This document shows positions 49,057 through 59,680 of a stretch of 64,000 bases of DNA, piece by piece. Numbering within the stretch: position 1 is the stretch's first letter; every line of letters starts with the position of its first letter. The translations under genes and the position numbers were made by a program. Under the pieces are notes generated by a model. The model was not told the origin of the DNA. It searched no databases and was given only the letters and a program-made list of their open reading frames with translations. The stretch comes from a candidate division TA06 bacterium ADurb.Bin131 (GTDB lineage Bacteria; Ratteibacteria; UBA8468; B48-G9; DTJG01), in the NCBI GenBank assembly GCA_002070645.1, contig MWDQ01000150.1, positions 36,261-100,260 of the forward strand, in the 5' to 3' direction.

Positions 49057-49407
49057 TTACTCCACCATTTGAATAACAGCCATTTTACTTGCATCTCCAG
49101 AACGACAACCTATCTTTATAATTTTTATGTATCCACCATTTCTTTCCTTAAACTTCTGACCAAGTTCAATAACCATAGCCGTAGTTTCAGGGTGATTAAG
49201 ATAGGCATTAATCTTTCTTATACTTGCAAGATCTTTTGTTTTACCAGTGGTAATCAATTTTTCAACAACTCTTTTCAATTGTTTTGCCTTTGCTTCTGTT
49301 GTTATAATTCTCTTATTCTGGATAAAACTTATAGCCATATTCCTGAGTAAACTTTTTCGATGAGATTTATTCCTGCTGAATTTACGAATATCTTTTTTAT
49401 GCCTCAT
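49057..49407 (-). CDS. rplQ: 50S ribosomal protein L17
   Basis: Its pattern is MRHKKDIRKFSRNKSHRKSLLRNM, and it lies downstream of rpoA. Confidence 0.9.
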   Translation of the reverse strand: MRHKKDIRKFSRNKSHRKSLLRNMAISFIQNKRIITTEAKAKQLKRVVEKLITTGKTKDLASIRKINAYLNHPETTAMVIELGQKFKERNGGYIKIIKIGCRSGDASKMAVIQMVE

Positions 49408-50390
49408 GTCTGCTCCGAGTCGGATAAATCCTCTTTCAATTTATAACCTTTCTTTTCAAGAATTTCTTCAATCTCCTGCAATGATTTTTTCCCGAGGTTT
49501 TTTATCTCACTAAACTTCTCTTTTGGCATTTCAAGTAAATCCCTTAATACATTGATTTTGTATAATTTAAGAGCATTAACAACCCTGGTAGAAAGTTTCA
49601 AATCCGTAATAGGGATATCAAGATCATCAACAATATGCTTTTTTAATTCTGATTTCTGCTGATGAGATATTAGCTGTTGACTGTTAATTTTCATAAAATG
49701 ACTGTTAAGAATATCTGTGGCAACTACCACTGCATCATATGGTGTCACAGCACCATTCGTCCAGATATCAACGAGTAATTTTTCATAATCAACAAGCGGA
49801 CCCACCCTTGTATTCTCAACAGAGAATGTAACCTTTTTTACAGGACCATAAATACCATCAATAAGTATCATATCAACAGGAACATCTTTCCTTAAAAGTT
49901 TTATCTTCTCAACCGGAAGATAGCCCCTGCCGGATGTTATTTCAAAATCAATAGTAAGTTCTTGTGATGGATCAATAGTGGCAATATGCAGATCCCCATT
50001 GATAATTTCAACGCTTCCATCAGTTATCAAATGTTTTGCACAAATCTCAGAAATACCAGAAATTGTTACAGAACATCTATGTGGGAATTCAGAAATTACT
50101 GGTTTGCATATCACCTGCTTTAGATTTAGAACAATCTGCGTAACATCTTCTTTTACACCAGGAATCGTTGAAAATTCATGGTGCACACCTGATATCTTAA
50201 CACCTGTTATCGCGACCCCTTGAACAGAAGAAAGAAGCGCCCTTCTTAAAGAATTACCAATCGTTACACCGAAGCCCCTTTCAAGAGGTTCAACAATTAA
50301 CTGTCCATAATTTGTTCTGTATGTTTCCTCCTGCCATATTATCTTTGTTGGAAACAAAAATTCAATACCTTTTTCTTCCATAATCTCCAC
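49404..50390 (-). CDS. rpoA: DNA-directed RNA polymerase subunit alpha
   Basis: The 328-aa protein has N-terminal and C-terminal domains typical of RpoA. Confidence 0.9.
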   Translation of the reverse strand: MEIMEEKGIEFLFPTKIIWQEETYRTNYGQLIVEPLERGFGVTIGNSLRRALLSSVQGVAITGVKISGVHHEFSTIPGVKEDVTQIVLNLKQVICKPVISEFPHRCSVTISGISEICAKHLITDGSVEIINGDLHIATIDPSQELTIDFEITSGRGYLPVEKIKLLRKDVPVDMILIDGIYGPVKKVTFSVENTRVGPLVDYEKLLVDIWTNGAVTPYDAVVVATDILNSHFMKINSQQLISHQQKSELKKHIVDDLDIPITDLKLSTRVVNALKLYKINVLRDLLEMPKEKFSEIKNLGKKSLQEIEEILEKKGYKLKEDLSDSEQT

Positions 50391-50391
50391 C

Positions 50392-51009
50392 TCACTTTGA
50401 ATAGAAGTTGACTATGAGATGCTCATCAACAGAAACACTTATTTCATCCCTTGTTGGGAGTCGAACAATCTTTGCCTTTAACTGTTTATCTGAAGATTCA
50501 AGCCATGCAGGTACTGGAATAGATCTTCCATTTTCAATTGCCTGCTTTGCCAGTTCAGAATATCTCGAATTTTCACCAACACTTATCTCGTCTCCAACCT
50601 TTAATTGATAAGAAGGTCTGTTTACCCTCTTTCCATTAACAAATATATGACCGTGTATAATTGCCTGCCTTGCCATTCTGCGCGAAAAAGCCCAGTTCAG
50701 TTTATATACAACATTATCAATACGACATTCAAGAAAACATAAAAGTATTTCCCCTGTTACCCCTTTTGACTTTTTTGCCATTGAAAAATAGCGGCGAAAT
50801 TGCTTTTCCAGGACTCCATAGTATGTCTTAACCTTATTTTTCTCGCGCATCTGTATTCCATATTCAGATGTCTTTGGTAAGGTCATACCTTTTCGTTGTT
50901 TCCTCGGATCGAGTGGACATTTATCACTTTCACACCTTCTCCCTTTTAGGTATAATTTTTCAGCATTTCGCCTGCAAACCATACACATAGGTTTACCAAT
51001 TCTTGCCAT
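50392..51009 (-). CDS. rpsD: 30S ribosomal protein S4
   Basis: It has an N-terminal Cys4 zinc site (CMVCRR...CESDKC) and an S4 domain. Confidence 0.9.
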   Translation of the reverse strand: MARIGKPMCMVCRRNAEKLYLKGRRCESDKCPLDPRKQRKGMTLPKTSEYGIQMREKNKVKTYYGVLEKQFRRYFSMAKKSKGVTGEILLCFLECRIDNVVYKLNWAFSRRMARQAIIHGHIFVNGKRVNRPSYQLKVGDEISVGENSRYSELAKQAIENGRSIPVPAWLESSDKQLKAKIVRLPTRDEISVSVDEHLIVNFYSK

Positions 51010-51121
51010 ATTACTCCTTTTTATAATTATTTACAGTACTTCATTAATACCCAGTAGCCAGTAAAACTCTAACAGGTGTCCATCATTACAAAATAAAAAG
51101 TTAAACTTCTTATCTACGTTT

Positions 51122-51523
51122 TTATACTTTTCTGCGATTAGGAGGTCTACAACCATTATGTGGAATTGGCGTCACATCCTTAATTGCAGTCACATTGAGT
51201 CCAGCAGTTTGAAGTGCTCTAATAGCGGTTTCACGACCTGGACCAGGACCCTTAACCATTACCTCGACCTCTTTCATATTAACCAGGTTTTGAACCTTCT
51301 TCGCGACATTCTCGGCAATCAACTGTGCTGCAAAGGGAGTTCCTTTTCTCGTTCCCTTAAACCCAACAACACCTGCACTTGACCATGCCACAACCTTTCC
51401 TTCAGGATCAGTAATGGTTATAATAGTATTATTAAAACTTGCATTGATATGAGCTACTCCTCTCGGAATAGTAATATGTTTCTTCCTTTTTTTAGTATAT
51501 TTCTTCTTTTCCTTCTCTGCCAT
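51122..51523 (-). CDS. rpsK: 30S ribosomal protein S11
   Basis: Pattern: [30 protein letters not shown]. Confidence 0.9.
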   Translation of the reverse strand: MAEKEKKKYTKKRKKHITIPRGVAHINASFNNTIITITDPEGKVVAWSSAGVVGFKGTRKGTPFAAQLIAENVAKKVQNLVNMKEVEVMVKGPGPGRETAIRALQTAGLNVTAIKDVTPIPHNGCRPPNRRKV

Positions 51524-51575
51524 GTTTACTCCTTAATAAATGTTAAATAATATCCCTTAATCATTGGCTTTATTT

Positions 51576-51980
51576 TTATTCTCTGTCCGTTTTTATGGCT
51601 TTCCTCGCTGATTTATCTCTTATTACACCTACTGTCTTACGCGGACCTTTTCTGGTTCTCGCATTTGTCCTTGTTCTTTGGCCTCTTACAGGTAGTGAAC
51701 GTCTATGTCTTACACCTCTATAACAATTAATATCAATAAGACGACTAATATTACTGCTAATTTCTCTCCGAAGGTCTCCCTCAATCTTAAAATTCTGCTG
51801 AACAAAACCAGAAATTTTACCTATTTCTTCCTCTGTAAGCTCCTTTATTCTCTTATCAGGATTTATTCCTGTTGCTTTAATAATTCTTTCTGCAGTTGAT
51901 TTCCCAATACCATAGATATAGGTCAAACCAACAGCAACCTTCTTTTCATTTGGAATTTCTACACCAAGAATACGTGCCAT
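51576..51980 (-). CDS. rpsM: 30S ribosomal protein S13
   Basis: Pattern: [26 protein letters not shown]. Confidence 0.9.
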   Translation of the reverse strand: MARILGVEIPNEKKVAVGLTYIYGIGKSTAERIIKATGINPDKRIKELTEEEIGKISGFVQQNFKIEGDLRREISSNISRLIDINCYRGVRHRRSLPVRGQRTRTNARTRKGPRKTVGVIRDKSARKAIKTDRE

Positions 51981-51992
51981 TAGTAAACCTCC

Positions 51993-52118
51993 TTATCCCT
52001 GTTTCTGTTTGTGTTTTGGCCCATCCTGAGGATTTTTACAGATTACCATAACCGTACCTCTTCTTTTTATTATCTTGCATTGTGGGCAAATTTTCTTTAT
52101 TGACGCACGAACCTTCAT
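51993..52118 (-). CDS. rpmJ: 50S ribosomal protein L36 (zinc-binding form); not in the ORF track
   Basis: Translating the minus strand gives [41 protein letters not shown] (41 aa) with a C-x2-C...C-x4-H site. It sits between infA and rpsM, as expected. Confidence 0.85.
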   Translation of the reverse strand: MKVRASIKKICPQCKIIKRRGTVMVICKNPQDGPKHKQKQG

Positions 52119-52126
52119 ATATCCTC

Positions 52127-52345
52127 CTATAATCGTTTAATAATTCTTCCACGTGTTATATCATATGGTGAAATTTCTACAATAACCTTATCGCCTGGAA
52201 TAATTTTAATATAATGAAGCCGCATTTTCCCACACAGGTGCGCATTTATTCGCATACCATTTTCAAGATCAACTATAAAACTCGTTCCAGGTAATGCCTT
52301 ATTTATTGTACCTGTAAGAATAACCTTGTCTGTTTTCTTATCCAT
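52127..52345 (-). CDS. infA: translation initiation factor IF-1
   Basis: The 72-aa protein has an S1-like fold, with [30 protein letters not shown]. Confidence 0.9.
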   Translation of the reverse strand: MDKKTDKVILTGTINKALPGTSFIVDLENGMRINAHLCGKMRLHYIKIIPGDKVIVEISPYDITRGRIIKRL

Positions 52346-53094
52346 TAATTAACGCTCGTAAGAATTTCAAACCCATTTTTCTTAACAAGTACTGTATTTT
52401 CAAAATGCGCAGATGGAAGTCCATCCGCTGTTATTACAGTCCAACCATCAGGTAAAATCTTTAAATCCGGCTTACCCATGTTAATCATTGGCTCAATTGC
52501 AATTACCATGTTTTCCTTTAACTTAAAACCTGTATGCGGAATTCCAAAATTTGGAATCTCTGGTTCCTCATGAAGATTTTTTCCAATACCATGTCCTGCA
52601 AATTCACGAACAACACTAAAATTATGTTTTTCAACAAATGTTTCTATCTCCCAGCCAATATCTCCTGTTCTACATCCATCCTTTACCTTTGATATTCCTC
52701 TATCTAATGATTTCTCGGTAACCTCGATTAACCGCCTTACTTCTGTACTTATCTGACCAACGCCAACTGTTAAAGCACAATCACCCATATATCCATCTTT
52801 TATTATCCCAAGGTCTATAGAAACTAAATCTCCTTCCTTAATATATTTATTTTTTGAAGGAATTCCATGTACAACCTCTTCATTAACTGATATACATATA
52901 AGACCTGGATACCCTCCATAGCCCAAAAATGCACTTTTCACATGTTCTTTTTCCATTAAGGTTCCTGCAAATTCTGAAATATCCAATGTTGTCATACCTT
53001 CTTTCAAAAACTCAGAAACCTGGATTAGGATTTTTTTACTGAGTTTACAAGCAATCCTAATTTTCTCAACCTCATCAGGCCTTTTTATTCCCAT
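52345..53094 (-). CDS. map: type I methionine aminopeptidase
   Basis: The 249-aa protein has the metal-ligand regions (FLGYGGYPG; HGIP; EPM) typical of Map. Confidence 0.9.
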   Translation of the reverse strand: MGIKRPDEVEKIRIACKLSKKILIQVSEFLKEGMTTLDISEFAGTLMEKEHVKSAFLGYGGYPGLICISVNEEVVHGIPSKNKYIKEGDLVSIDLGIIKDGYMGDCALTVGVGQISTEVRRLIEVTEKSLDRGISKVKDGCRTGDIGWEIETFVEKHNFSVVREFAGHGIGKNLHEEPEIPNFGIPHTGFKLKENMVIAIEPMINMGKPDLKILPDGWTVITADGLPSAHFENTVLVKKNGFEILTSVN

Positions 53095-53732
53095 AGTTTA
53101 AGCCCTTCAATTCTATTCACAATATTATCAAGATTGTCCTCAACACAGATAGTATATACTCTGTGTTTACCCTGATAGTAATTAACCAACGGGCTGGTTT
53201 CATTTCTGAAAACTTCTAATCTTCTTGAAATAACCTCTGGTTTATCATCCTCTCTCTGTATTAATTCTCCCCCACATATATCACATACACCATTTTTCTT
53301 GGGTGGGATATTCTTTAGATGATAAATTGCCCCACAGTTTTTGCAAATTCTCCTCAAAGATAACCTTTCTATTAACACACTATCCTGCGCTATAAGATTT
53401 AATAGCACAATATTACTATCTTCATCTATAACCCTGTCAAACATTTCTGCCTGAGAAAGATTTCTGGGAAAACCATCCATTATAAATCCCCTTGATGCAT
53501 CATCCTGTTTAACCCTTTCACTAAGAGCCTCAAATACTATGCTATCAGGAACAAGTTCTCCTTTTCTCATAAATTCTTCTGCCTTATTGCCAATCGGGGT
53601 TGATCTTTTTACATTATCTCTCAAAAGATCCCCAGTAGAAATAAGTGGCATCTTCAATCTTTCAGCCAGAATTTTCCCTATTGTACCTTTTCCAATACCA
53701 GGCGGTCCAAACAAAATAATAATATTTTTCAT
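53085..53732 (-). CDS. adk: adenylate kinase (zinc-lid type)
   Basis: It has the P-loop GPPGIGKGT and a Cys4 lid (CKNCG...x16...CDICG). Confidence 0.9.
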   Translation of the reverse strand: MKNIIILFGPPGIGKGTIGKILAERLKMPLISTGDLLRDNVKRSTPIGNKAEEFMRKGELVPDSIVFEALSERVKQDDASRGFIMDGFPRNLSQAEMFDRVIDEDSNIVLLNLIAQDSVLIERLSLRRICKNCGAIYHLKNIPPKKNGVCDICGGELIQREDDKPEVISRRLEVFRNETSPLVNYYQGKHRVYTICVEDNLDNIVNRIEGLKLWE

Positions 53733-55039
53733 CTTGCCCGCGCCTTTTTCAAAAATCCTTCGTAGTGTCGCATTATAAGATGAGATTCAATCTGCCTAAG
53801 AGTCTCAAGTATAACAGAAACCACAATAAGAAGCCCTATACCTCCAAACATACTTGCTATAAGATATGGTATCTTAAACATATGCATAATAATATATGGA
53901 AATATTGCGATCGCAGTAAGCATTAAGGACCCTGGAAGGGTCAATCTTCCAAGTATTTTCTCAAGATATTCCTCAGTTGCCTTACCGGGTCTTATCCCTG
54001 CGACAAATCCACCGTATTTTTTCAAATCATCTGATACGTGTTCAGGATTAAAAATCACGCTCGCATAAAAATAGCAAAAACCAATAGTTAAAAGAGCATA
54101 CAGAACCATTCCCCAACCAGAAGCAGGATTAAGAATATTTGCAAGATGCTGCAGAAATGGTTTATTTGTAAACCTTAATATCGTTGAAGGAAAGGTTAAA
54201 AAAGAAACAGCAAAAATCAAAGGAAGTACCCCTCCTGGATTAATTTTAATTGGTAGATAAGTTGTCTGTCCACCATAAACCCTTCTTCCAACAACTCTTT
54301 TTGCATATTGTATAGGAATTCTTCTTTCTCCTTCGTTCAGCATTATTGCTGCGCCAACAACAATAAACATTAAAGCCAGCATCAATACAATAAGTCCTAC
54401 ATTTATTTCTCCTGCACTAACAAGCTGCACCGTCTGATGCACTGCTGTTGGCATTCTTGAAAGAATGCTCGCAGTAATGATAAGAGATATTCCATTACCT
54501 ATACCCTTTTCAGTAATTTGCTCTCCAAGCCACATAAGAAAAACAGTTCCAGCAGTTAATGTTATCGTGGCTGTGATTCTGAAAAGCCAGCCAGGTGAAT
54601 TCACCATAACAACACCATCAAAATGTGCAGGGTTTTCGAGCCAGGCACTCACAGCAAAACCTTGAAATAAACAAAGTATTACTGTCCCATATCTTGTCCA
54701 CTGGGTTAGCTTCCTTCTTCCCTCTACACCACTTCTTAACATATGTTCAAAAAATGGAAATATTGAAGCAAGAAGTTCAAGTATAATTGAAACACTTATA
54801 TAAGGCATTATGCCAAGAGCAAAAATTGTCGCATTACTTAATGCACCACCTGCGAATAAATCAGCAATACCGAATAATGTCCCTGGTATTCTATCAAAAA
54901 AAGATGCAAGTGCTTTACCATTAATTCCGGGAACAGGAATATAACAACCAAATCTATAAACCGTCAAAAGCGCTATAACAATGAGTATCTTACGCTTTAG
55001 ATCAGGAACTTTAAGAGTATCTTTGAATGCTGTAATCAT
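53729..55039 (-). CDS. secY: preprotein translocase subunit SecY
   Basis: It has 10 TMs in the SecY pattern. The start is set at the ATG at 55039 (MITAFKDTLKVPDLKRKILIV), overlapping the rplO stop (ATGA); the longer ORF would intrude into rplO. Confidence 0.9.
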   Translation of the reverse strand: MITAFKDTLKVPDLKRKILIVIALLTVYRFGCYIPVPGINGKALASFFDRIPGTLFGIADLFAGGALSNATIFALGIMPYISVSIILELLASIFPFFEHMLRSGVEGRRKLTQWTRYGTVILCLFQGFAVSAWLENPAHFDGVVMVNSPGWLFRITATITLTAGTVFLMWLGEQITEKGIGNGISLIITASILSRMPTAVHQTVQLVSAGEINVGLIVLMLALMFIVVGAAIMLNEGERRIPIQYAKRVVGRRVYGGQTTYLPIKINPGGVLPLIFAVSFLTFPSTILRFTNKPFLQHLANILNPASGWGMVLYALLTIGFCYFYASVIFNPEHVSDDLKKYGGFVAGIRPGKATEEYLEKILGRLTLPGSLMLTAIAIFPYIIMHMFKIPYLIASMFGGIGLLIVVSVILETLRQIESHLIMRHYEGFLKKARAR

Positions 55040-55488
55040 TTTTTGATGATGGTAATTTTTCCGCCAGATTTTTCTATCAAATTTCTGGCTTTTTCTGAAA
55101 AAGAATGCGCACAAACATTAAAAGATTTATTAATTTTCCCTTCGCCAAGAATCTTAACAATACAATTTTGATTTTTTATGATACCTTTTTCTGCAAGGGT
55201 TTCAGGAGAAACCGTCTCGCCGGAGTCAAACTTCTGATTAATCCTATTAATGTTCACAACACTAATCTTGATTTTTTCTGGATGATTAAAACCTCTCTTT
55301 GGTAGTCTTCGTACAAGTGGCATCTGTCCACCTTCAAAATCGCCAACACGATGGTAACCTGAACGTGACTTATGCCCTTTATTTCCACGGGTTGATTGAC
55401 CGCCATGTCCGGAACTTTCTCCTCTTCCAAGTATCTTTCTTCTATGTTTACTGTGAGGGGATGCCTTAAGATTGTGGATTTTCAACAC
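55036..55488 (-). CDS. rplO: 50S ribosomal protein L15
   Basis: It has the Gly/Arg-rich N-terminus GRGESSGHGGQSTRGNKGHKSRSG. Confidence 0.9.
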   Translation of the reverse strand: MLKIHNLKASPHSKHRRKILGRGESSGHGGQSTRGNKGHKSRSGYHRVGDFEGGQMPLVRRLPKRGFNHPEKIKISVVNINRINQKFDSGETVSPETLAEKGIIKNQNCIVKILGEGKINKSFNVCAHSFSEKARNLIEKSGGKITIIKK

Positions 55489-55906
55489 TTTTATTCTCCT
55501 TTAATTCCATAAATTTCAATGCCTTACACGTCGCATTGAGAACATTTATTGTACTCGTTGAACCTATTACCTTACAAACAGCATCTCTAACGCCAAAAAC
55601 CTCGAGGATCGCTCTCATTGTTTTACCGGCGACAAGGCCATGACCTTTTGGTGCTGGTTTAAGAATTACATATGATGCCCCATACTTAGCATCAACAGAA
55701 CTTTTTATTGTCGTACCCTTCAATGATATACGCATTCTATTTCTGTTTGCTTTTTCACGTGCTTTACGTATTGCCTCAGGGACCTCAGATGCTTTACCAA
55801 CGCCAAAACCAGCCTCTCCTTTTTGGTTTCCACAGGCAATTACTGCTCGAAATTTCAAACGCTTTCCACCTTTGGTTACCTTTGTAACCCTTCGGATTTC
55901 AATCAC
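55466..55906 (-). CDS. rpsE: 30S ribosomal protein S5 (true start probably upstream, at a non-ATG codon)
   Basis: It has the S5 core IEIRRVTKVTKGGKRLKFRAVIACGNQKGEAGFGVGKA. The reading frame stays open upstream to the rplR stop, with an AGGAGG SD 6 nt before an in-frame ATT. The ORF-track start is a GTG. Confidence 0.8.
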   Translation of the reverse strand: MIEIRRVTKVTKGGKRLKFRAVIACGNQKGEAGFGVGKASEVPEAIRKAREKANRNRMRISLKGTTIKSSVDAKYGASYVILKPAPKGHGLVAGKTMRAILEVFGVRDAVCKVIGSTSTINVLNATCKALKFMELKENKSVENPQS

Positions 55907-55965
55907 AACTTCCTTTTCTTCAATTGCACCTTCTTGTTCAATCTCTTGGATAAGTTCATCACCGG

Positions 55966-56343
55966 CTAAAATTTTAAACCTCCTTGTCGTGCACCATCTG
56001 CAAACGCCTTAACTCTTCCACCATAACGATATCCACCCCTATCAAAAACAACATTTTCTATATTCATACCTTTTGCAGATTCTGCAAGTAGTTTACCCAC
56101 AAGAAAAGCACCTTTTACATTGCCACCTTTCTCATCTGGTTTTGCAGAATCCTTAAACTGTTTTGATAATGATGAAACTGTTAAAAGTACCCTATTTGGT
56201 TGAATATCATCAATAACCAACGAACCATAGATGTGTTTCAGACCCCTGAAAATAACCAGTCGAGGTCGTCCTGCATCTCCCTTTATTTTTTTTCTTATAC
56301 GAGTATGCCGAATTTTTCTTTTTTTTTCTGAATTTAGTTTCAT
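55966..56343 (-). CDS. rplR: 50S ribosomal protein L18
   Basis: The start is the ATG at 56343 (MKLNSEKKRKIRHTRIRKKI), which has an AAGGGAG SD and lies just after the rplF stop. Confidence 0.85.
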   Translation of the reverse strand: MKLNSEKKRKIRHTRIRKKIKGDAGRPRLVIFRGLKHIYGSLVIDDIQPNRVLLTVSSLSKQFKDSAKPDEKGGNVKGAFLVGKLLAESAKGMNIENVVFDRGGYRYGGRVKAFADGARQGGLKF

Positions 56344-56353
56344 AAATACTCCC

Positions 56354-56926
56354 TTATTTCTGTGTACCAACAGCGGCTTTACCAACCTTATGCCTTACAT
56401 ATTCACCTGCATATCTAATTCCTCTTCCCTTGTATGGCTCAGGTGGGAAGATATTCCTGACACGCGCAACAAAATCCCCGAGAAGTTCTTTGTCATATGA
56501 CGAAAACTTCATCACTGTGTTCTTCTCAATCTGTACTGTTATCGGCCCCGGAATATCAACCTCAACAGGATGTGTAAAACCCAGATTCATTATTAGATTA
56601 TTGCCCTTTACCTCTGCCTTAAATCCAACTCCGTGTATCTCGAGAACCTTTTCAAATCCAGATGTAACTCCTTTTATTCTGTTAATAATTAATGTCCTTA
56701 AAAGACCTTGAAGTGCATCCGTCTTGCGAAATAATCTTCTGAACCTCGGGGTTTCCTGAACAGTATTTATTATCTGAATTTTTCTATCCTGAACAACAAC
56801 CTCGAGATTATCAAAAATATTCTGCGTAATCTTCCCTTTTGGGCCATCAATCAAAATTTGTCTGTCCTTTATTGAAACATTTACCTTATCAGGTATCTCT
56901 ATAAATTTTTTTCCTAAGCGTCCCAT
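56354..56926 (-). CDS. rplF: 50S ribosomal protein L6
   Basis: The 190-aa protein has two L6 repeats (KKFIEIPDKVNV...). Confidence 0.9.
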   Translation of the reverse strand: MGRLGKKFIEIPDKVNVSIKDRQILIDGPKGKITQNIFDNLEVVVQDRKIQIINTVQETPRFRRLFRKTDALQGLLRTLIINRIKGVTSGFEKVLEIHGVGFKAEVKGNNLIMNLGFTHPVEVDIPGPITVQIEKNTVMKFSSYDKELLGDFVARVRNIFPPEPYKGRGIRYAGEYVRHKVGKAAVGTQK

Positions 56927-56935
56927 AATATTCCC

Positions 56936-57331
56936 CTACCATATGTAAAATAAAAGTTCTCCTCCAACATTTAGTTCTGAAGCTTTTCGGCTACTTAATA
57001 TCCCTTTTGATGTACTCAATACAGCAATACCTGAATCCTGTCTACGTCTGCTTATTTTCTCAACTGACATATAAATCCTCTGTCCAGGTTTGCTTATCTT
57101 TCGAACCTTAAGTATTGCAGGTTTTTTATTAAGATAAAGAAGATGTATACGTAATACTTTATTCCCATTATTCTCAATAATTTCCCAATCCTTAATATAA
57201 TTTTCTTCCTTAAGCACCGCAAGAATTCCCTCTCTTATTTTTGACCACGGCATATCACAATACGGCTTAAGAACAATATTGGCATTCTTCAATCTTATAA
57301 TCATATCTGCTACAGGATCTGACATAACCAT
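56936..57331 (-). CDS. rpsH: 30S ribosomal protein S8
   Basis: Pattern: SDPVADMIIRLKNANIV. Confidence 0.9.
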   Translation of the reverse strand: MVMSDPVADMIIRLKNANIVLKPYCDMPWSKIREGILAVLKEENYIKDWEIIENNGNKVLRIHLLYLNKKPAILKVRKISKPGQRIYMSVEKISRRRQDSGIAVLSTSKGILSSRKASELNVGGELLFYIW

Positions 57332-57340
57332 TATCCCCCC

Positions 57341-57526
57341 TTACCAACTGGCTTTCACAACACCAGGAATTTCACCCTGGGATGCAAGTTGTCTAAAACA
57401 AACACGACATAATCCAAACTTTCTGATGTATCCTCTCGATCTTCCACATCTCCAGCAGCGATTTTTTTTCCTCACCTTAAACTTTGGTTCTTTCTTCATT
57501 TTTTCAAAAAAACATTTTCGAGCCAA
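57341..57526 (-). CDS. rpsZ: 30S ribosomal protein S14 type Z (zinc-binding, 61 aa)
   Basis: It has a Cys4 site ([20 protein letters not shown]) and sits between rplE and rpsH. Confidence 0.9.
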   Translation of the reverse strand: MARKCFFEKMKKEPKFKVRKKNRCWRCGRSRGYIRKFGLCRVCFRQLASQGEIPGVVKASW

Positions 57527-57528
57527 AT

Positions 57529-58074
57529 CTATCCCTCCCTTATAGGTAAACCAATTAACCTCAAAAGTTCCCTCGCATGTTCAACCTTTTTCGCATTCGT
57601 ACATATAGTAATGTTCATGCCTCGAACCTTATATATCGTGTTATAGTCAACCTCAGGAAAAATAACCTGTTCTTTTATACCCAGGGTATATGACGAATGT
57701 TGATCAAATGAATCTGCACTTAGCCCATTAAAATCTTTTACCCTCGGTAAAGCGGCTGTTATCATCCGATCAAGGAATTCATACATCCTTTCGCCTCTTA
57801 ATGTTACCATAACGCCACATATATCTCCTTTACGAAGATTAAATGCAGAAATAGATTTTTTGCCCCTTGTAATAACAGGCCTTTGTCCTGAAATTAAAGA
57901 TATTTCCTTCTGAACAGATTCAATCGCTTTCGCATCTTTGTTGTCCTTACCAACACCAACATTTATTACGATCTTTTCGATACGGGGTACCTGCATCTTG
58001 TTTTTGAAGTTAAATTTTTCCATCATTGCAGGCACAACATTTTCTCTGTAATTTTTCTTAAGTCGCGCTTCCAT
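57529..58074 (-). CDS. rplE: 50S ribosomal protein L5
   Basis: The start is the ATG at 58074 ([21 protein letters not shown]), overlapping the rplX stop. Confidence 0.85.
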   Translation of the reverse strand: MEARLKKNYRENVVPAMMEKFNFKNKMQVPRIEKIVINVGVGKDNKDAKAIESVQKEISLISGQRPVITRGKKSISAFNLRKGDICGVMVTLRGERMYEFLDRMITAALPRVKDFNGLSADSFDQHSSYTLGIKEQVIFPEVDYNTIYKVRGMNITICTNAKKVEHARELLRLIGLPIREG

Positions 58075-58397
58075 TACTTTTCCTCCACCATCTCGCCACA
58101 CTTTTTACAATAACGTACCTTTGTCCCATCCTCCATTATTCTTATTCCTGGTCTTGTTCTTCTGGAACACTTCATACAAAACAATTGTACATTACTTATG
58201 GAAATCGGTTTCTCTATGGTCTGTATACCACCCTGTCTATCAATTTTTTTCGGCCTCGTCGCCTTCTTTACAAAATTCACACCTTCGATAAGAACCCTGC
58301 TCTTATCAGGAAATACCTTTATTACTCTTCCCTTTTTGCCAACATCCTTACCTTTTGTAACAACCACAAAATCATTCTTCTTTATCAAAAAACCCAT
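58074..58397 (-). CDS. rplX: 50S ribosomal protein L24 with a Cys4 C-terminal tail
   Basis: The start is the ATG at 58397 (MGFLIKKNDFVVVTKGKDVGKKGRV; KOW domain). The C-terminus has CMKC...x17...CKKC. Confidence 0.85.
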   Translation of the reverse strand: MGFLIKKNDFVVVTKGKDVGKKGRVIKVFPDKSRVLIEGVNFVKKATRPKKIDRQGGIQTIEKPISISNVQLFCMKCSRRTRPGIRIMEDGTKVRYCKKCGEMVEEK

Positions 58398-58398
58398 G

Positions 58399-58767
58399 TT
58401 ATAGTACCTCCGGAGCAAGTGAAACAATCTTCATAAATTTTGCATCCCTTAGTTCACGGGGTACTGGACCAAAAACCCTTGTGCCACGGGGATTTAGATC
58501 ATCATCTATTATCACTGCACAATTTCTGTCAAATTTAAGATAAGAACCATCTGGCCGTTTTATGGGTGCTTTTGTCCTTACAATTACTGCTTTCACAACC
58601 TGCTTTTTTTTAACGATGCCATCTGGTAGGGCATCCTTAACATTAGCCCTTATAACATCTCCAACTTTTGCGTATTTTCTTTTTGAATGTCCAAGGACCC
58701 CGATAACGCTTATTTTTCTCGCACCAGTATTGTCCGCTACCTCAAGTATTGTTCTCACCTGCACCAT
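58399..58767 (-). CDS. rplN: 50S ribosomal protein L14
   Basis: Pattern: [24 protein letters not shown]. Confidence 0.9.
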   Translation of the reverse strand: MVQVRTILEVADNTGARKISVIGVLGHSKRKYAKVGDVIRANVKDALPDGIVKKKQVVKAVIVRTKAPIKRPDGSYLKFDRNCAVIIDDDLNPRGTRVFGPVPRELRDAKFMKIVSLAPEVL

Positions 58768-59053
58768 TTGTAACTCCTTTATCCTTTACATCTGACTTTT
58801 TCAGTATATCTACAACCTTCCATCTCTTTGTTTTACTCAAAGGCCTGCATTGTTTAATTAAAACAACATCTCCATTCTTACTCATATTTGTCTCATCGTG
58901 AGCATAGAATTTGTTTCTCTTACGAACAACCTTAAGATATAAAGGGTGTCTAGCCAATGTCTCAACAAGAATAACACGTGTTTTATCCATCTTATCACTT
59001 ATAACCACACCCTTTTTTTTAATTCTAATTTTCTGACTATTACTTTGCACCAT
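58742..59053 (-). CDS. rpsQ: 30S ribosomal protein S17
   Basis: It has an OB fold with [17 protein letters not shown]. Its 3' end overlaps the rplN start by 26 nt. Confidence 0.85.
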   Translation of the reverse strand: MVQSNSQKIRIKKKGVVISDKMDKTRVILVETLARHPLYLKVVRKRNKFYAHDETNMSKNGDVVLIKQCRPLSKTKRWKVVDILKKSDVKDKGVTNGAGENNT

Positions 59054-59267
59054 TTGTACCCCTTTGATTTTTCATTCTTTTTTGTTGTATAAGGGTATTT
59101 AACTGCGCTATGTCTTTACGAAGATTTCGCAGTATACGAACATTCTTCATCTGCCCGAGACGCACCTGGACTCTCTGGTCAAATAAACGCTTTGCAACTT
59201 CCATCCTTTTCTGCTCGAGTTCCTGAATGCTTAATTCTTTTAATTCATCAAAATCTTGTTTTTTCAT
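59040..59267 (-). CDS. rpmC: 50S ribosomal protein L29
   Basis: The 75-aa protein reads [27 protein letters not shown]. Confidence 0.85.
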   Translation of the reverse strand: MKKQDFDELKELSIQELEQKRMEVAKRLFDQRVQVRLGQMKNVRILRNLRKDIAQLNTLIQQKRMKNQRGTNGAK

Positions 59268-59680
59268 TGGACTTCCCGTTTTATTATTTTTGTCTCGACA
59301 GGCAATTTATAAGAAGCAAGACGAAGTGCCTCTATTGCCACATCAGATGAAACACCTGCTATCTCAAATAGAACCCTTCCTGGTAGTACTATTGCCTCCC
59401 ATCCAGCAACATCTCCCTTTCCCTTACCCATTCTTGTTTCTGCCGGCTTTTTTGTAAAGGGTCTGTCAGGAAATATACGAATCCATAGTTTACCTTTTGC
59501 CTTAAGATGATGAGTAATTGCTATACGGGCTGCTTCAATCTGGTTATTTTTCAGACGACCTGGCTGTAAGGCCTGTAATCCGAAATCACCAAAATAAATT
59601 GTTGATCCCCGGGTTGCTTTACCCTTTGTTCTGCCCCTCTGTACCTTTCTGTATTTTACCCTTTTTGGCATTAATGGCAT
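59264..59680 (-). CDS. rplP: 50S ribosomal protein L16
   Basis: The start is the ATG at 59680 ([17 protein letters not shown]), with a GGAGAGG SD 5 nt upstream. It overlaps the rpsC 3' end by about 60 nt. Confidence 0.85.
   Translation of the reverse strand: MPLMPKRVKYRKVQRGRTKGKATRGSTIYFGDFGLQALQPGRLKNNQIEAARIAITHHLKAKGKLWIRIFPDRPFTKKPAETRMGKGKGDVAGWEAIVLPGRVLFEIAGVSSDVAIEALRLASYKLPVETKIIKREVQ

Noticed and set aside
53729-55114. The longer SecY ORF starting at 55114 (MCAFFFRKSQ...), and similar N-terminal extensions for rplR (56385), rplE (58101), rplX (58427), rplW (62198), rpsO (46424), rplP (59734) and pyrK (36378)
   Set aside because: The extensions run into the upstream gene and lack similarity to the protein families. 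Internal ATGs with good SD sequences sit exactly at the upstream stop codons and match the conserved N-termini.
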